Source: Acidobacteriota bacterium
GTDB lineage: Bacteria; Acidobacteriota; Blastocatellia; RBC074
Length of the DNA stretch: 64,000 nt
NCBI GenBank assembly: GCA_018269055.1
Contig: JAFDVI010000013.1
Location: 2,621-66,620 of the forward strand
Reading direction: 5' to 3'
The notes beneath the pieces are model-generated. The model searched no databases and had not been told where the DNA came from. It saw only the letters and a program-made list of their open reading frames with translations. Position numbers and translations under genes: made by a program. Positions 32,462 through 41,520 of this stretch are shown here, piece by piece. Numbering within the stretch: position 1 is the first letter of the stretch; every line of letters begins with the position of its first letter.

Positions 32462-34040
32462 AGATAGTTTGAAGAATGCCGGGCAAACTCGGCAGTTTGC
32501 CCTACCCTCGCGGCGTGAGTTTTTGATTGGCGGAGCGGCCTTGGCCAGTTCGGCATTGCTTTACCCAACAGCGGCTTGGGCGAAAAGTGATGCGTTGAAT
32601 TTTGCCGACGATCCGTTCAGTTTGGGCGTTGCGTCGGGCGAACCTTGGGCGGACAGCGTTGTGCTGTGGACCCGGCTGGTGCCGAAGCCATTGGAAGGCG
32701 GCGGGATGCCCGCGAAAAACGTTCCAGTGAAATGGGAAATTGCCAGCGATGAACAGATGCAAAAAATCGTCGCCAAAGGTACGGCCATCGCTACGCCGGA
32801 ATTCGGCCATTCGGTTCACGTCGAAGTCGCGGGGCTAAAACCGGCTCGGTGGTATTGGTATCGCTTCACGGTGGACGCCGGTTCAAGTCCAATTGGGCGC
32901 ACGCGGACGGCTCCGGCGATGGGCGCGAAAAGCGACCGTATGAATTTCGCCTTCGTTTCCTGCCAGCATTACGAATACGGTTATTACACGGCATACAAAC
33001 ATCTGGCGGCAGAAGATTTGGACTTAGTGGCACATCTGGGCGATTACATTTACGAAGGCAATCCAACAAATGACCGCGTCAGGCGACACAACAGCGCAGA
33101 AATCATTACCGTTGACGATTACCGGAATCGGTATGCGCTTTATAAAAGCGATCCGCTGCTGAAACAGGTGCACGCAAACTTTCCGTGGGCGGTTGTCTGG
33201 GACGATCACGAAGTTGATAACAACTATGCTGGTTTGGTACCCGAAGACACGCAATCGAAAGAGGATTTCGCCAAACGCCGTGCGGCCGCTTATCAGGTCT
33301 ATTACGAACACATGCCGCTTCGCCGGTCAGTGCTGAAAGCAGGACATAAGGTTGAAATTTATCGCCGTCTGAATTTTGGCTCTTTGGCGAATTTTTTTAT
33401 GCTGGATACTCGCCAATATCGCAGCGACCAACCGTGTGGCGATGGCACCAAGCCTGCCTGCCCGGAATCGGTCGATCCGAAGCAGACGATTATGGGCCGA
33501 GCGCAGGAGCGATGGCTGCAAAATGGATTGCGCCGGTCAACAGGACGTTGGAACGTCATTGCGCAACAGGTGATGGTGGCCGCGGTGGATTCGGCTCCTG
33601 GAAAGGAACAGTGGTTTTCGATGGATAAGTGGAATGGGTATCACGTCGAACGTCAACGCTTTCTGGAATTTTTGCGCGATGCCAAGCCTTCAAACCCGGT
33701 GGTCATTACCGGGGACATTCACACGAACTGGGTCAGTGATTTGAAACCGGAGTTTTACAAAGAAGATTCTCCGGTGGTGGCGACAGAATTTGTCGGGACT
33801 TCCGTGACGACGAGCGGTGATGGAGCGGACGTTCGACCGAACACGGCCACAATGTTGGCGGAAAATCCGCACATCAAATTTTTCAATGCCCAGCGCGGCT
33901 ACGTGCGTTGTTCGTTGACGCCGGAGCGTTGGCAAACGGATTACAAAGTCGTGGCGGCGGTGTCGAAACCTGATGAACCAGTCAGCACGCGAGCTTCCTT
34001 CGTGGTCGAAAACGGAACGCCGGGCGCAAAACGAGTATAA
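32454..34040 (+). CDS. phoD: Alkaline phosphatase D family protein (Tat-exported)
   Basis: SRREFL Tat motif; [58 protein letters not shown]. Confidence 0.95.
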   Translation: MAKDSLKNAGQTRQFALPSRREFLIGGAALASSALLYPTAAWAKSDALNFADDPFSLGVASGEPWADSVVLWTRLVPKPLEGGGMPAKNVPVKWEIASDEQMQKIVAKGTAIATPEFGHSVHVEVAGLKPARWYWYRFTVDAGSSPIGRTRTAPAMGAKSDRMNFAFVSCQHYEYGYYTAYKHLAAEDLDLVAHLGDYIYEGNPTNDRVRRHNSAEIITVDDYRNRYALYKSDPLLKQVHANFPWAVVWDDHEVDNNYAGLVPEDTQSKEDFAKRRAAAYQVYYEHMPLRRSVLKAGHKVEIYRRLNFGSLANFFMLDTRQYRSDQPCGDGTKPACPESVDPKQTIMGRAQERWLQNGLRRSTGRWNVIAQQVMVAAVDSAPGKEQWFSMDKWNGYHVERQRFLEFLRDAKPSNPVVITGDIHTNWVSDLKPEFYKEDSPVVATEFVGTSVTTSGDGADVRPNTATMLAENPHIKFFNAQRGYVRCSLTPERWQTDYKVVAAVSKPDEPVSTRASFVVENGTPGAKRV

Positions 34041-34042
34041 GA

Positions 34043-34825
34043 ATGGAAGAACGATTGCAAAAAATCATTGCCGCGGCGGGAATCGCTTCGCGGCGCAAAG
34101 CCGAGGAAATGATTGTTGCCGGTCAGGTGATGGTCAACGGCAAGATCATCAACACGCTTGGCGCAAAGGCTGATCCGGACAAAGACTCCATCAAAGTTCG
34201 CGGCCGATTGATTGCTGCCAGTAAGGATAGGGAAAAGATTTACATCCTGCTCAACAAACCGGTCGGATATTTGACCAGCCGCTCTGATCCGAACAAACGC
34301 CAACTGGTAATTGACCTGGTCGGCAAATATCGTAATCAGGTACATCCGGTTGGAAGATTGGATTTGAACACGGAAGGATTGATTTTATTGACGAATGACG
34401 GCAATTTTACGAACTTGATTGCCCATGCTTCGCATAACATCGCCAAAGTGTATGCGGTGAAAGTGAAAGGAAAACCGAGCGAAGTACAAATCAAAAAGCT
34501 TTCGCGAGGCGTGGAAATTGACGGCGTCAAAACCGCCCCGGCCAAAATCGAACTTGTTGAAGAAACCGAAACCAACGCCTGGTATCAGGTGACTTTGCAC
34601 GAAGGCCGCAATCAGCAAATCCGAAAAATGTTTGATTCTATTGGTCATTCCGTCGTCAAACTTCGCCGAATTGCGATTGGCTTTTTGAAGGACGAGAAAC
34701 TGAAACCGGGCGAGTTGCGGTTTCTCAACGAAGCTGAGGTAAAACGATTTTTCAAAATTGCCGGTAAACCAGCCGTTCGCGCTGATCGCAAAGCAGCAAA
34801 GAAAGGCAATAAGCAGACAGTTTGA
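34043..34825 (+). CDS. rluB: S4-domain rRNA pseudouridine synthase (RluB/RsuA family)
   Basis: ERLQKIIAAAGIASRRKAE, NKPVG, PVGRLDLNTEGLILLTNDG, EGRNQQIRKM. Confidence 0.88.
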   Translation: MEERLQKIIAAAGIASRRKAEEMIVAGQVMVNGKIINTLGAKADPDKDSIKVRGRLIAASKDREKIYILLNKPVGYLTSRSDPNKRQLVIDLVGKYRNQVHPVGRLDLNTEGLILLTNDGNFTNLIAHASHNIAKVYAVKVKGKPSEVQIKKLSRGVEIDGVKTAPAKIELVEETETNAWYQVTLHEGRNQQIRKMFDSIGHSVVKLRRIAIGFLKDEKLKPGELRFLNEAEVKRFFKIAGKPAVRADRKAAKKGNKQTV

Positions 34826-34944
34826 CAAGGCATAGTTGAACCTTTAGAGTCTCGACTTCCTAATTACTGAGAATGAAAGTAGATTTGCCGATGCTTCGCG
34901 TGAGAGTTCATCACCTGCCACATTCCTCCAACTGGTAATCAAGC

Positions 34945-35802
34945 ATGGAAATAGTTTTGGCTGAAAGTCTGGGTTTTTGCATGGGCGTGAAGCGCGTTGT
35001 GGACATGGCGTATCGCGCACTGGACAAAGCCAACTCCCTGCCGGTTGTAACGTTGGGGCCGCTGATTCATAACTCTCAGGAAATTGACCGCTTATCGGCG
35101 GACGGAATTGCCATTGCCGGGGAAACCTTGCCGGAAGCAGGGACGGTGATTATTCGTGCTCATGGTGTTGCGCCGCAAGCTTATGACGAATTGAAGGCGC
35201 GCGGTTTGAAAATCATGGATGGCACTTGTCCGTACGTTCATTATTCCCAACGCAAGGCAATGGAATTACAGCGCGAAGGATACAAAGTCGTCATTGCCGG
35301 AGACAAAAATCACCCGGAAATTACGGGGATTCTTGGCTTCATCAACGATGATGCCATCGTTGTCAAAACCGTTGAAGAAGCGCAAGCCTTGCCGCAACTT
35401 GACCGTGTGGGAACAGTTGCTCAAACGACCCTTAGTCCGAAGAAGTATCAGGCAATTATTGACGCTTTGCGCCAACGTGCCAACGAAGTAAAAGTTTGCG
35501 AAACGATTTGCGACGCGACCGAAGAAAATCAAACGGCGATCCGCGAAATGTCCGGAGAAGTTGATTTGATTTACGTCATCGGCGGACGCCACAGCGCCAA
35601 CAGCAACAAGCTGGTCGAAGTCGCAAAGGAAAAATGTCCGCGCTCGATTTTGATCGAAACTGCTGAAGAAATCAGGCCCGATGATTTGCGCGGTGTTGCT
35701 CGAATTGGCATCAGCGCCGGAGCCTCGACGCCGGACTGGATGATTCGCAATGTTGTGCAACGATTGCGTGAAATTGAGAAATCGTTGGCAAATAACGACT
35801 AA
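34945..35802 (+). CDS. ispH: 4-hydroxy-3-methylbut-2-enyl diphosphate reductase
   Basis: GFCMGV, LIHN, IRAHG, DGTCPYV, HPEI, TICDAT..Q, SANS, SAGASTP. Confidence 0.97.
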   Translation: MEIVLAESLGFCMGVKRVVDMAYRALDKANSLPVVTLGPLIHNSQEIDRLSADGIAIAGETLPEAGTVIIRAHGVAPQAYDELKARGLKIMDGTCPYVHYSQRKAMELQREGYKVVIAGDKNHPEITGILGFINDDAIVVKTVEEAQALPQLDRVGTVAQTTLSPKKYQAIIDALRQRANEVKVCETICDATEENQTAIREMSGEVDLIYVIGGRHSANSNKLVEVAKEKCPRSILIETAEEIRPDDLRGVARIGISAGASTPDWMIRNVVQRLREIEKSLANND

Positions 35803-35960
35803 AGGTTTATTATTCAGGCTCTTTTACAGATCGGCATTCTCTGTCTGTTATCCTTTTTTCGAACAGCAAGCAAACGAGTTCAGACAAAAGGGTTCAGAAT
35901 GATGCCAAACCGGGTTGCAAGAGCAATTCGCGTAGTTTTCCCAGGAGGAAGTCCACTTTA

Positions 35961-37847
35961 ATGTCAACCATCAATGCTAACCAAACCGCTCTCGAAAACA
36001 GCGAAACACCGGAAGTTGCTGTTGAGAGCGCTCAACCGGCTGCGGGGGTTTCAAGCGTAGAAGCCAACGGAGCCGCTGCTGCCGTTTCAGAGGTTCCCGC
36101 TGCTGCCAATCCAGACGTCGCACAAGCCGCAACAGATGTCGAAAGTTCCGAAGGCGATGACGGGGAAATGGATTTCGCTCAAATTCTTGCCGGATTTGAG
36201 GAATCGCATAAGTCCGAAATCAACGAAAACGAACTTGTCAAAGGGCGTGTCGTCAAGATCACCGATCAAGTAGTTGTTATTGACGTCGGATACAAATCCG
36301 AAGGCATCGTTCCGCTCGCGGAATTCAAAGAAGGCGACCAGATCGTTGTTAAACCCGGAGATGAAATTGACGTTTTCGTCAAACAGCTTGAAAACAACGA
36401 AGGATATGTCGAGCTTTCGCGCGCTGATGCGATCCGCATGCAAACCTGGGATCAAATCGAAAAAGCCAGCCGCGACGGCGTCATCCTGAAAGGTCGTGTG
36501 ACAGACCGCATCAAAGGCGGATTGCGCGTTGACATCGGCGGCATTCAGGCCTTTTTGCCCGGCAGTCAGGTGGATGTTCGCCCGGTTCGCAACCTGGATA
36601 GTTATCGCAACAAGGAAATCGAAGTCCGCGTTCTGAAAGTCAACAAAAAGCGCGGCAACATCGTCCTTTCCCGCAAAGTCGTTCTCGAAGAGCAGGTCAA
36701 CCATTTGAGAAACCAGACCTTCAAGGACATGGAAGAAGGCATTATCAAAGAAGGTCAGGTCAAGAACATCACCGAATACGGCGCGTTCGTTGATCTGGGC
36801 GGAATTGACGGTTTGTTGCACATCACGGACATGTCCTGGGGGCGCATTCAAAATCCGAACGAATTGTTCAAAGTCGGCGAGACCATCCAGGTCAAGATTT
36901 TGAAATTCGATCGCGACAAAGAGCGCGTCAGTTTGGGATACAAACAACTGATTCCGGACCCCTGGGCGACGACCGTGGAACGGTACCCGGTTGGCACACG
37001 CGTTACTGGCAAGGTGGCGTCGGTTACCGATTACGGTGCATTCATTGAACTGGAACCCGGCGTTGAAGGCTTGGTTCACGTGACGGAAATGAGCTGGTCC
37101 AAGCGCGTCAAGCATCCTTCCAAGCTGGTTTCGGTCGGCCAGGACGTCGAAGCCGTTGTGCTGGAAGTTGACCAGAATAGCCGCCGCATCAGCCTGGGCA
37201 TCAAACAGATTGAAACCAATCCCTGGGATACGATCAACGAACGCTATGGCATTGGCACTCGCGTCAAAGGTCGTGTTCGCAACCTGACCGACTTCGGCGC
37301 TTTTGTCGAAATCGAAGACGGAATTGACGGACTGGTTCATGTCTCCGACATTTCCTGGACCAAACGCATCAAACATCCGAGCGAAGCGTTGAAGAAGAAC
37401 CAGGAAGTCGAAGCGGTCATCACGGCGATTGACATTGACGGACGCCGCTTGTCGCTTTCGATCAAGGATCTGGAGCCAAATGCCTGGGATCGGTTCTTTG
37501 ACACCCATCGGCTGGGCGATGTCGTGACGGGTAAAGTCACACGCTTTGCCAACTTTGGTGCTTTCGTCGAACTTGAAGACGGCATTGAAGGGCTGTGTCA
37601 CGTTTCAGAGCTTTCGGAACAGCACGTGGACAAACCGGAGGACGCTGTCAAAGTTGGCCAAAAAGCTCAGTTCAAGATTCTGAAAATGGATCGCGAAGCG
37701 CGCAAGATCGGTCTTTCGGCGCGCGCAGTGGGCAAGGATGAGCCAATCATCGAAGTGCGCAACTACTCGTCGAGCGATTCCGGCATGGCCGGTTTGTTTG
37801 AAGTTGCGGACTTCAATCGCGGCGGCGACGAAGGTTCAAAGAATTAA
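35961..37847 (+). CDS. rpsA: 30S ribosomal protein S1
   Basis: Six S1 repeats (VIDVGYKSEG, AFLPGSQVD, YGAFVDLGG.DGLLHI, EGLVHV..SW, DGLVHVSD, EGLCHVSE); acidic N-terminal extension. Confidence 0.99.
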   Translation: MSTINANQTALENSETPEVAVESAQPAAGVSSVEANGAAAAVSEVPAAANPDVAQAATDVESSEGDDGEMDFAQILAGFEESHKSEINENELVKGRVVKITDQVVVIDVGYKSEGIVPLAEFKEGDQIVVKPGDEIDVFVKQLENNEGYVELSRADAIRMQTWDQIEKASRDGVILKGRVTDRIKGGLRVDIGGIQAFLPGSQVDVRPVRNLDSYRNKEIEVRVLKVNKKRGNIVLSRKVVLEEQVNHLRNQTFKDMEEGIIKEGQVKNITEYGAFVDLGGIDGLLHITDMSWGRIQNPNELFKVGETIQVKILKFDRDKERVSLGYKQLIPDPWATTVERYPVGTRVTGKVASVTDYGAFIELEPGVEGLVHVTEMSWSKRVKHPSKLVSVGQDVEAVVLEVDQNSRRISLGIKQIETNPWDTINERYGIGTRVKGRVRNLTDFGAFVEIEDGIDGLVHVSDISWTKRIKHPSEALKKNQEVEAVITAIDIDGRRLSLSIKDLEPNAWDRFFDTHRLGDVVTGKVTRFANFGAFVELEDGIEGLCHVSELSEQHVDKPEDAVKVGQKAQFKILKMDREARKIGLSARAVGKDEPIIEVRNYSSSDSGMAGLFEVADFNRGGDEGSKN

Positions 37848-37881
37848 GCGCTTACGGTATTGACGGCGCTTATTGATTGTC

Positions 37882-37966
37882 AGTGGTCAGTAGTTCAATG
37901 GTTTGTTGTCTGAGGTACCGGGGTTTCATCGGGCGTGGGCACTGAATCTCCAAACTATTGACCACT
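37882..37966. repeat. Short inverted repeat downstream of rpsA
   Basis: AGTGGTCAGTAGTT ... AACTATTGACCACT (13/14 match), spacer about 57 nt. Confidence 0.45.
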
Positions 37967-38004
37967 ATTTCCTTTTCCGCTCAGCCTAATTTTTTGTAGC
38001 AGTT

Positions 38005-38955
38005 ATGAAAAGAAGTACTTTGACCTGGATCATCGTCGGTGGAGTTATCCTGCTCTGCGCTTTTTTCGTTGGGCTGTTCGCTTTGATGGCTGTGGCCACA
38101 GACGAAGATGGGTTTTTTGCAGGCGGCGGAGACCGGATTGCGGTTATTCCGGTCGAAGGCGTCATTGACGATGAAATGGCCAAAACGGTCAACCGGCATT
38201 TGAAACAATATGGGGATGATGCTCGTGTGAAGGCCATCATTTTACGAATTAATAGCCCTGGCGGAGGCGTTTCCGCGTCCCAGGAAATTCATCGCGAAGT
38301 CGTTCGGGTCAAAGAAGAGAAAAAGAAGAAAATTGTGGTTTCAATGGGCAGCGTTGCAGCTTCGGGCGGGTATTACATCTCCGCCCCTGCCGATCGGATC
38401 TTTGCCAACGAGGGGACCATTACCGGCAGCATCGGTGTGATTGCGGAATGGTTGAATTACAAGGATTTGGCCGAGTGGGCAAAGCTCAAGCCGGTAGTTT
38501 TCAAAAGCGGGGAGTTCAAAGATACGGGCTCGCCGACAAGAGATTTGACCGACAAGGATAAACAGTTTTTCGATGGATTGATCAAGGAACTTTACGGACA
38601 GTTTTTGGGAGCGGTCACCGCAGGCCGCAAAGGAAAAGGCGAGCCGAATAATCAGCTTGATGAAGAAAAGGTGAAGGCTTTGGCGGATGGTCGGGTTTTT
38701 AGCGGCACGGCTGCCGTCAAAAATGGTTTGGTGGATGAAATCGGAAATTACGAAGATGCCGTCAGAGCTACGGCCAAGATGGTAGGCATTAAAGGCGAAC
38801 CGAGTGTCGTGACGCCGCCGAAGCCCCGGGAAGGTTTCTCATTGCTTGATTTGCTGCTAGGGGCGACGAAAATCGGCGAACTGTCGCCCAGTCAATTGCC
38901 AAAACATTTGTCTGACATTGACACCTCAGTGAAGTTCAAATATCAATGGAAGTAG
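38005..38955 (+). CDS. sppA: Signal peptide peptidase SppA, 36K type
   Basis: LRINSPGG, VSMGSVAASGGYYIS, TITGSIGV, KSGEFKDTGSP, ADGRVFSG. Confidence 0.95.
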   Translation: MKRSTLTWIIVGGVILLCAFFVGLFALMAVATDEDGFFAGGGDRIAVIPVEGVIDDEMAKTVNRHLKQYGDDARVKAIILRINSPGGGVSASQEIHREVVRVKEEKKKKIVVSMGSVAASGGYYISAPADRIFANEGTITGSIGVIAEWLNYKDLAEWAKLKPVVFKSGEFKDTGSPTRDLTDKDKQFFDGLIKELYGQFLGAVTAGRKGKGEPNNQLDEEKVKALADGRVFSGTAAVKNGLVDEIGNYEDAVRATAKMVGIKGEPSVVTPPKPREGFSLLDLLLGATKIGELSPSQLPKHLSDIDTSVKFKYQWK

Positions 38956-39043
38956 GGCGGATAAACCCTTGCAGGTTACGAAACACGGATTGTGTAGTTG
39001 TTGATCTGATGTTTGATCCTACTCACCGTCAAACGGAGGAGCG

Positions 39044-39427
39044 ATGACCAAAGCAGAGTTGGTGGAAGAAGTTTCCAAAGCAGCCGAATTGACCAAAAAA
39101 GATTCGGAAGTGATTGTTGACGAAGTCTTCAAAAATATCATTCAGGCGCTCAATCGGGGCGACAAGATAGAATTGCGGGGCTTCGGATCATTTCGCGTCC
39201 GTAAACGGGATGCCCGACGCGGACGCAACCCGAAAACCGGTGAACCGGTGGACATCCCAGCCAAATCTGTGCCGTACTTCAAGCCAGGTAAGGAACTGAA
39301 AGAACTCATTAACGGGAAACAGCCAGGTGAAGGGGCTGAGGACGATTTTGACGATGATGAGGACGACGAAGACGTCGTCCAAGAAACAGCCCAAAATACA
39401 ATCGAAGAAACAAGCAATGCTGGCTAA
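39044..39427 (+). CDS. ihfB: HU/IHF-family DNA-binding protein (IHF-beta-like) with acidic C-terminal tail
   Basis: MTKAELV, IELRGFGSF.VR.R.AR.GRNPKTGE.V..PAK.VPYFKPGKEL; follows rpsA-sppA. Confidence 0.85.
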   Translation: MTKAELVEEVSKAAELTKKDSEVIVDEVFKNIIQALNRGDKIELRGFGSFRVRKRDARRGRNPKTGEPVDIPAKSVPYFKPGKELKELINGKQPGEGAEDDFDDDEDDEDVVQETAQNTIEETSNAG

Positions 39428-39551
39428 ACCATCCGTATTGACCATTCTTTGTCGCATGGATGAATCCTGAAGATTGAAGCTCGCCGTTTGCCTTTTAGCT
39501 GCTCCGGTCAATGGGATTTCATTGTTGTCGTGTCCCCCTTCGGAGGTGCTT

Positions 39552-40637
39552 ATGAAGTGGTTCTCACGCCAGCCCTTTCGGTTTTGTCTAGGGTGGTTTC
39601 TGTCTTTCTTTGCCTTGGCCTGCTTTGTCCAAATCGGTTTTTCCCAACAATCAACTAATCCCAACAACCCGTCCCGCAACGCCATCGTCTCGCATTCCAT
39701 TCGCGGAAAGATTTTTATGCCATCTGGCAATTTGCCTGAACAGCGTTTACGCGTGGTGCTGGAACACAGCGCGGGCGGAATTGTGTCTGAAACCTTTTCT
39801 GATACCGCGGGCAACTTTGAATTCCGTGGATTGACCAATAACACCTATCGCGTCACCGTTCCCACGGACCACTACACCTACGAAACCGGCCAGGAAAGCG
39901 TCGAAGTCTTCGGCAATTATGCCCATACCGTCAGCGTTCAAATTTACCTCAAGGAAAAAGACAACAACCTGAATGTCATGACAAAAGACAAGCTGCTTTC
40001 ACCGGCTGACATTCAGGAAGTGCCGAAGAACGCTAAAAAAGCCTATGACCAGGGAGTAAAACTGGCGCGAGATAAACAGCCGGAAAAAGCCAGCGCAAAG
40101 TTTCAGGAGGCGTTACAGATTTTTCCCGAATACCTGAATGCTTTGAATAAACTCGGCGAACAGATGGCCATATTGAACAAACCCGATCTGGCCGAAGCCA
40201 ATTTCGAGCGAGCCATCGCCATCAATCCGAAATTCGCTTCGCCTTATATCAATTCCGGAATCGTGCTGGTCAGCCAGAAGCGTTACGACGAAGCAATCTC
40301 GACGCTGGAAACCGGCAACCGGCTGGATGACAGTTTCCCGATGGGCCATTTGAATTTGGGAATCGCCTTGATGTCCAAAACGCCTGCGGACTTTGATCAA
40401 GCAGAAAAGGAATTGATGCGAGTCCTTGATTCGAATAAGAAAGAGTTTGCCTATGTCCGAAAACTGCTCTTCAACCTCAACATTCGCCAGCGTAAATACG
40501 ACAAAGCCGTCGCGCAATTGGAAGCTTACTTGAAAGAATTCCCGGATGCCCCCGATTCACAAGAAGTCAAACTGACCTTGGAAAAAGTGAAAAAGGCGAT
40601 GGCTCAGCAGGCAGCGGCAAACCAAAAGTCACAATAG
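39552..40637 (+). CDS. Exported TPR protein with N-terminal carboxypeptidase-regulatory-like beta domain
   Basis: Signal peptide; SDTAGNFEFRGL...YRVTV; several TPRs; GGAGG RBS before ATG 39552. Confidence 0.82.
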   Translation: MKWFSRQPFRFCLGWFLSFFALACFVQIGFSQQSTNPNNPSRNAIVSHSIRGKIFMPSGNLPEQRLRVVLEHSAGGIVSETFSDTAGNFEFRGLTNNTYRVTVPTDHYTYETGQESVEVFGNYAHTVSVQIYLKEKDNNLNVMTKDKLLSPADIQEVPKNAKKAYDQGVKLARDKQPEKASAKFQEALQIFPEYLNALNKLGEQMAILNKPDLAEANFERAIAINPKFASPYINSGIVLVSQKRYDEAISTLETGNRLDDSFPMGHLNLGIALMSKTPADFDQAEKELMRVLDSNKKEFAYVRKLLFNLNIRQRKYDKAVAQLEAYLKEFPDAPDSQEVKLTLEKVKKAMAQQAAANQKSQ

Positions 40638-40858
40638 TTTCATATTTCATTTTGCCAAAGCGGTAAACGCGTTCGGGTGGTGAAGTCCATTACAGTTTGA
40701 AACCGATCTTTCGGTTACGACTCCTTACTTTAGGTGGACGAAATTTTCTGAATCATCTATCCTCTTTCCGTGAAAGCTAAAGCATAGGGACGCGGTTTAT
40801 TCCTGCCGAAATTCAAGACACATTTTCGAGTAACATTCAGTTTCGATATAAATTCGGA

Positions 40859-41467
40859 GTGGAACCTATTTCAATGATGGGCGAAACCGGTACGTTGAAT
40901 GCACTGAACGATCAGGAAGTTACACCGGAAAGATTGCAAGCCTTTCTCGAATGGCTGGCATCTGGCGCGAACATCCGTGAGGAAGTATATGAAGCTGCGC
41001 GCCGACGGCTGATCCTCTTTTTTGCAGGGCGCAAATGTCTTGACCCGGAATCGCTTGCCGACCGAACGCTCGACTTGGCCATGCGCAAACTGACCGAGAT
41101 TCCCGCTGAGGCCAAACCTCTGGCTTATCTGATTGGCATCGCCAAAAATATCTACCGCGACGAATTGCGTGCAGCGCATAAGGCCGAAGCCTTTCTGTCA
41201 ACTCGCTCTGCAACGCCTTCACAATCTGAACCCGAAACCGAGAGCCGGCATTCCTGCCTGGAAAAATGCTTGGCTGAATTGCCTGCAAACGAACGCGCCC
41301 TGGTGTTGGGGTATTACAGCGAATCCCGGCAAGCCAAAATAGATAAACGCAAACAACTTGCCGATCTGTACGGATTGACGCTGAACGCCTTGCGAAACCG
41401 TGTTTTTCGGCTCAACCAGCGGTTGGTGTTGTGCGTCACAGCGTGTTTGGAAAATTCTACGGCGTGA
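40859..41467 (+). CDS. ECF-type sigma-70 factor
   Basis: Region 2-like YEAARRRLILFF..DPESLADRT..AYLIGIAKN; region 4 CLEKCLAELP..ERALVL.YY..LADLYGLTLNALRNRVFRL. Confidence 0.85.
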   Translation: MEPISMMGETGTLNALNDQEVTPERLQAFLEWLASGANIREEVYEAARRRLILFFAGRKCLDPESLADRTLDLAMRKLTEIPAEAKPLAYLIGIAKNIYRDELRAAHKAEAFLSTRSATPSQSEPETESRHSCLEKCLAELPANERALVLGYYSESRQAKIDKRKQLADLYGLTLNALRNRVFRLNQRLVLCVTACLENSTA

Positions 41468-41520
41468 TATTTCACCATTTCCCGCCATATATGAATGCGC
41501 GGGGTAGAAAGTCCGCATAA

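Noticed and set aside
36087-37601. 504-aa antisense ORF over rpsA, and similar long shadow ORFs (30297-31625, 52687-54090, 16705-18138, 59250-60218, 61951-63030, 8713-9669)
   Set aside because: They lie opposite or out of frame to well-supported genes, have no motifs or RBS, and are expected from codon bias in GC-rich coding DNA.
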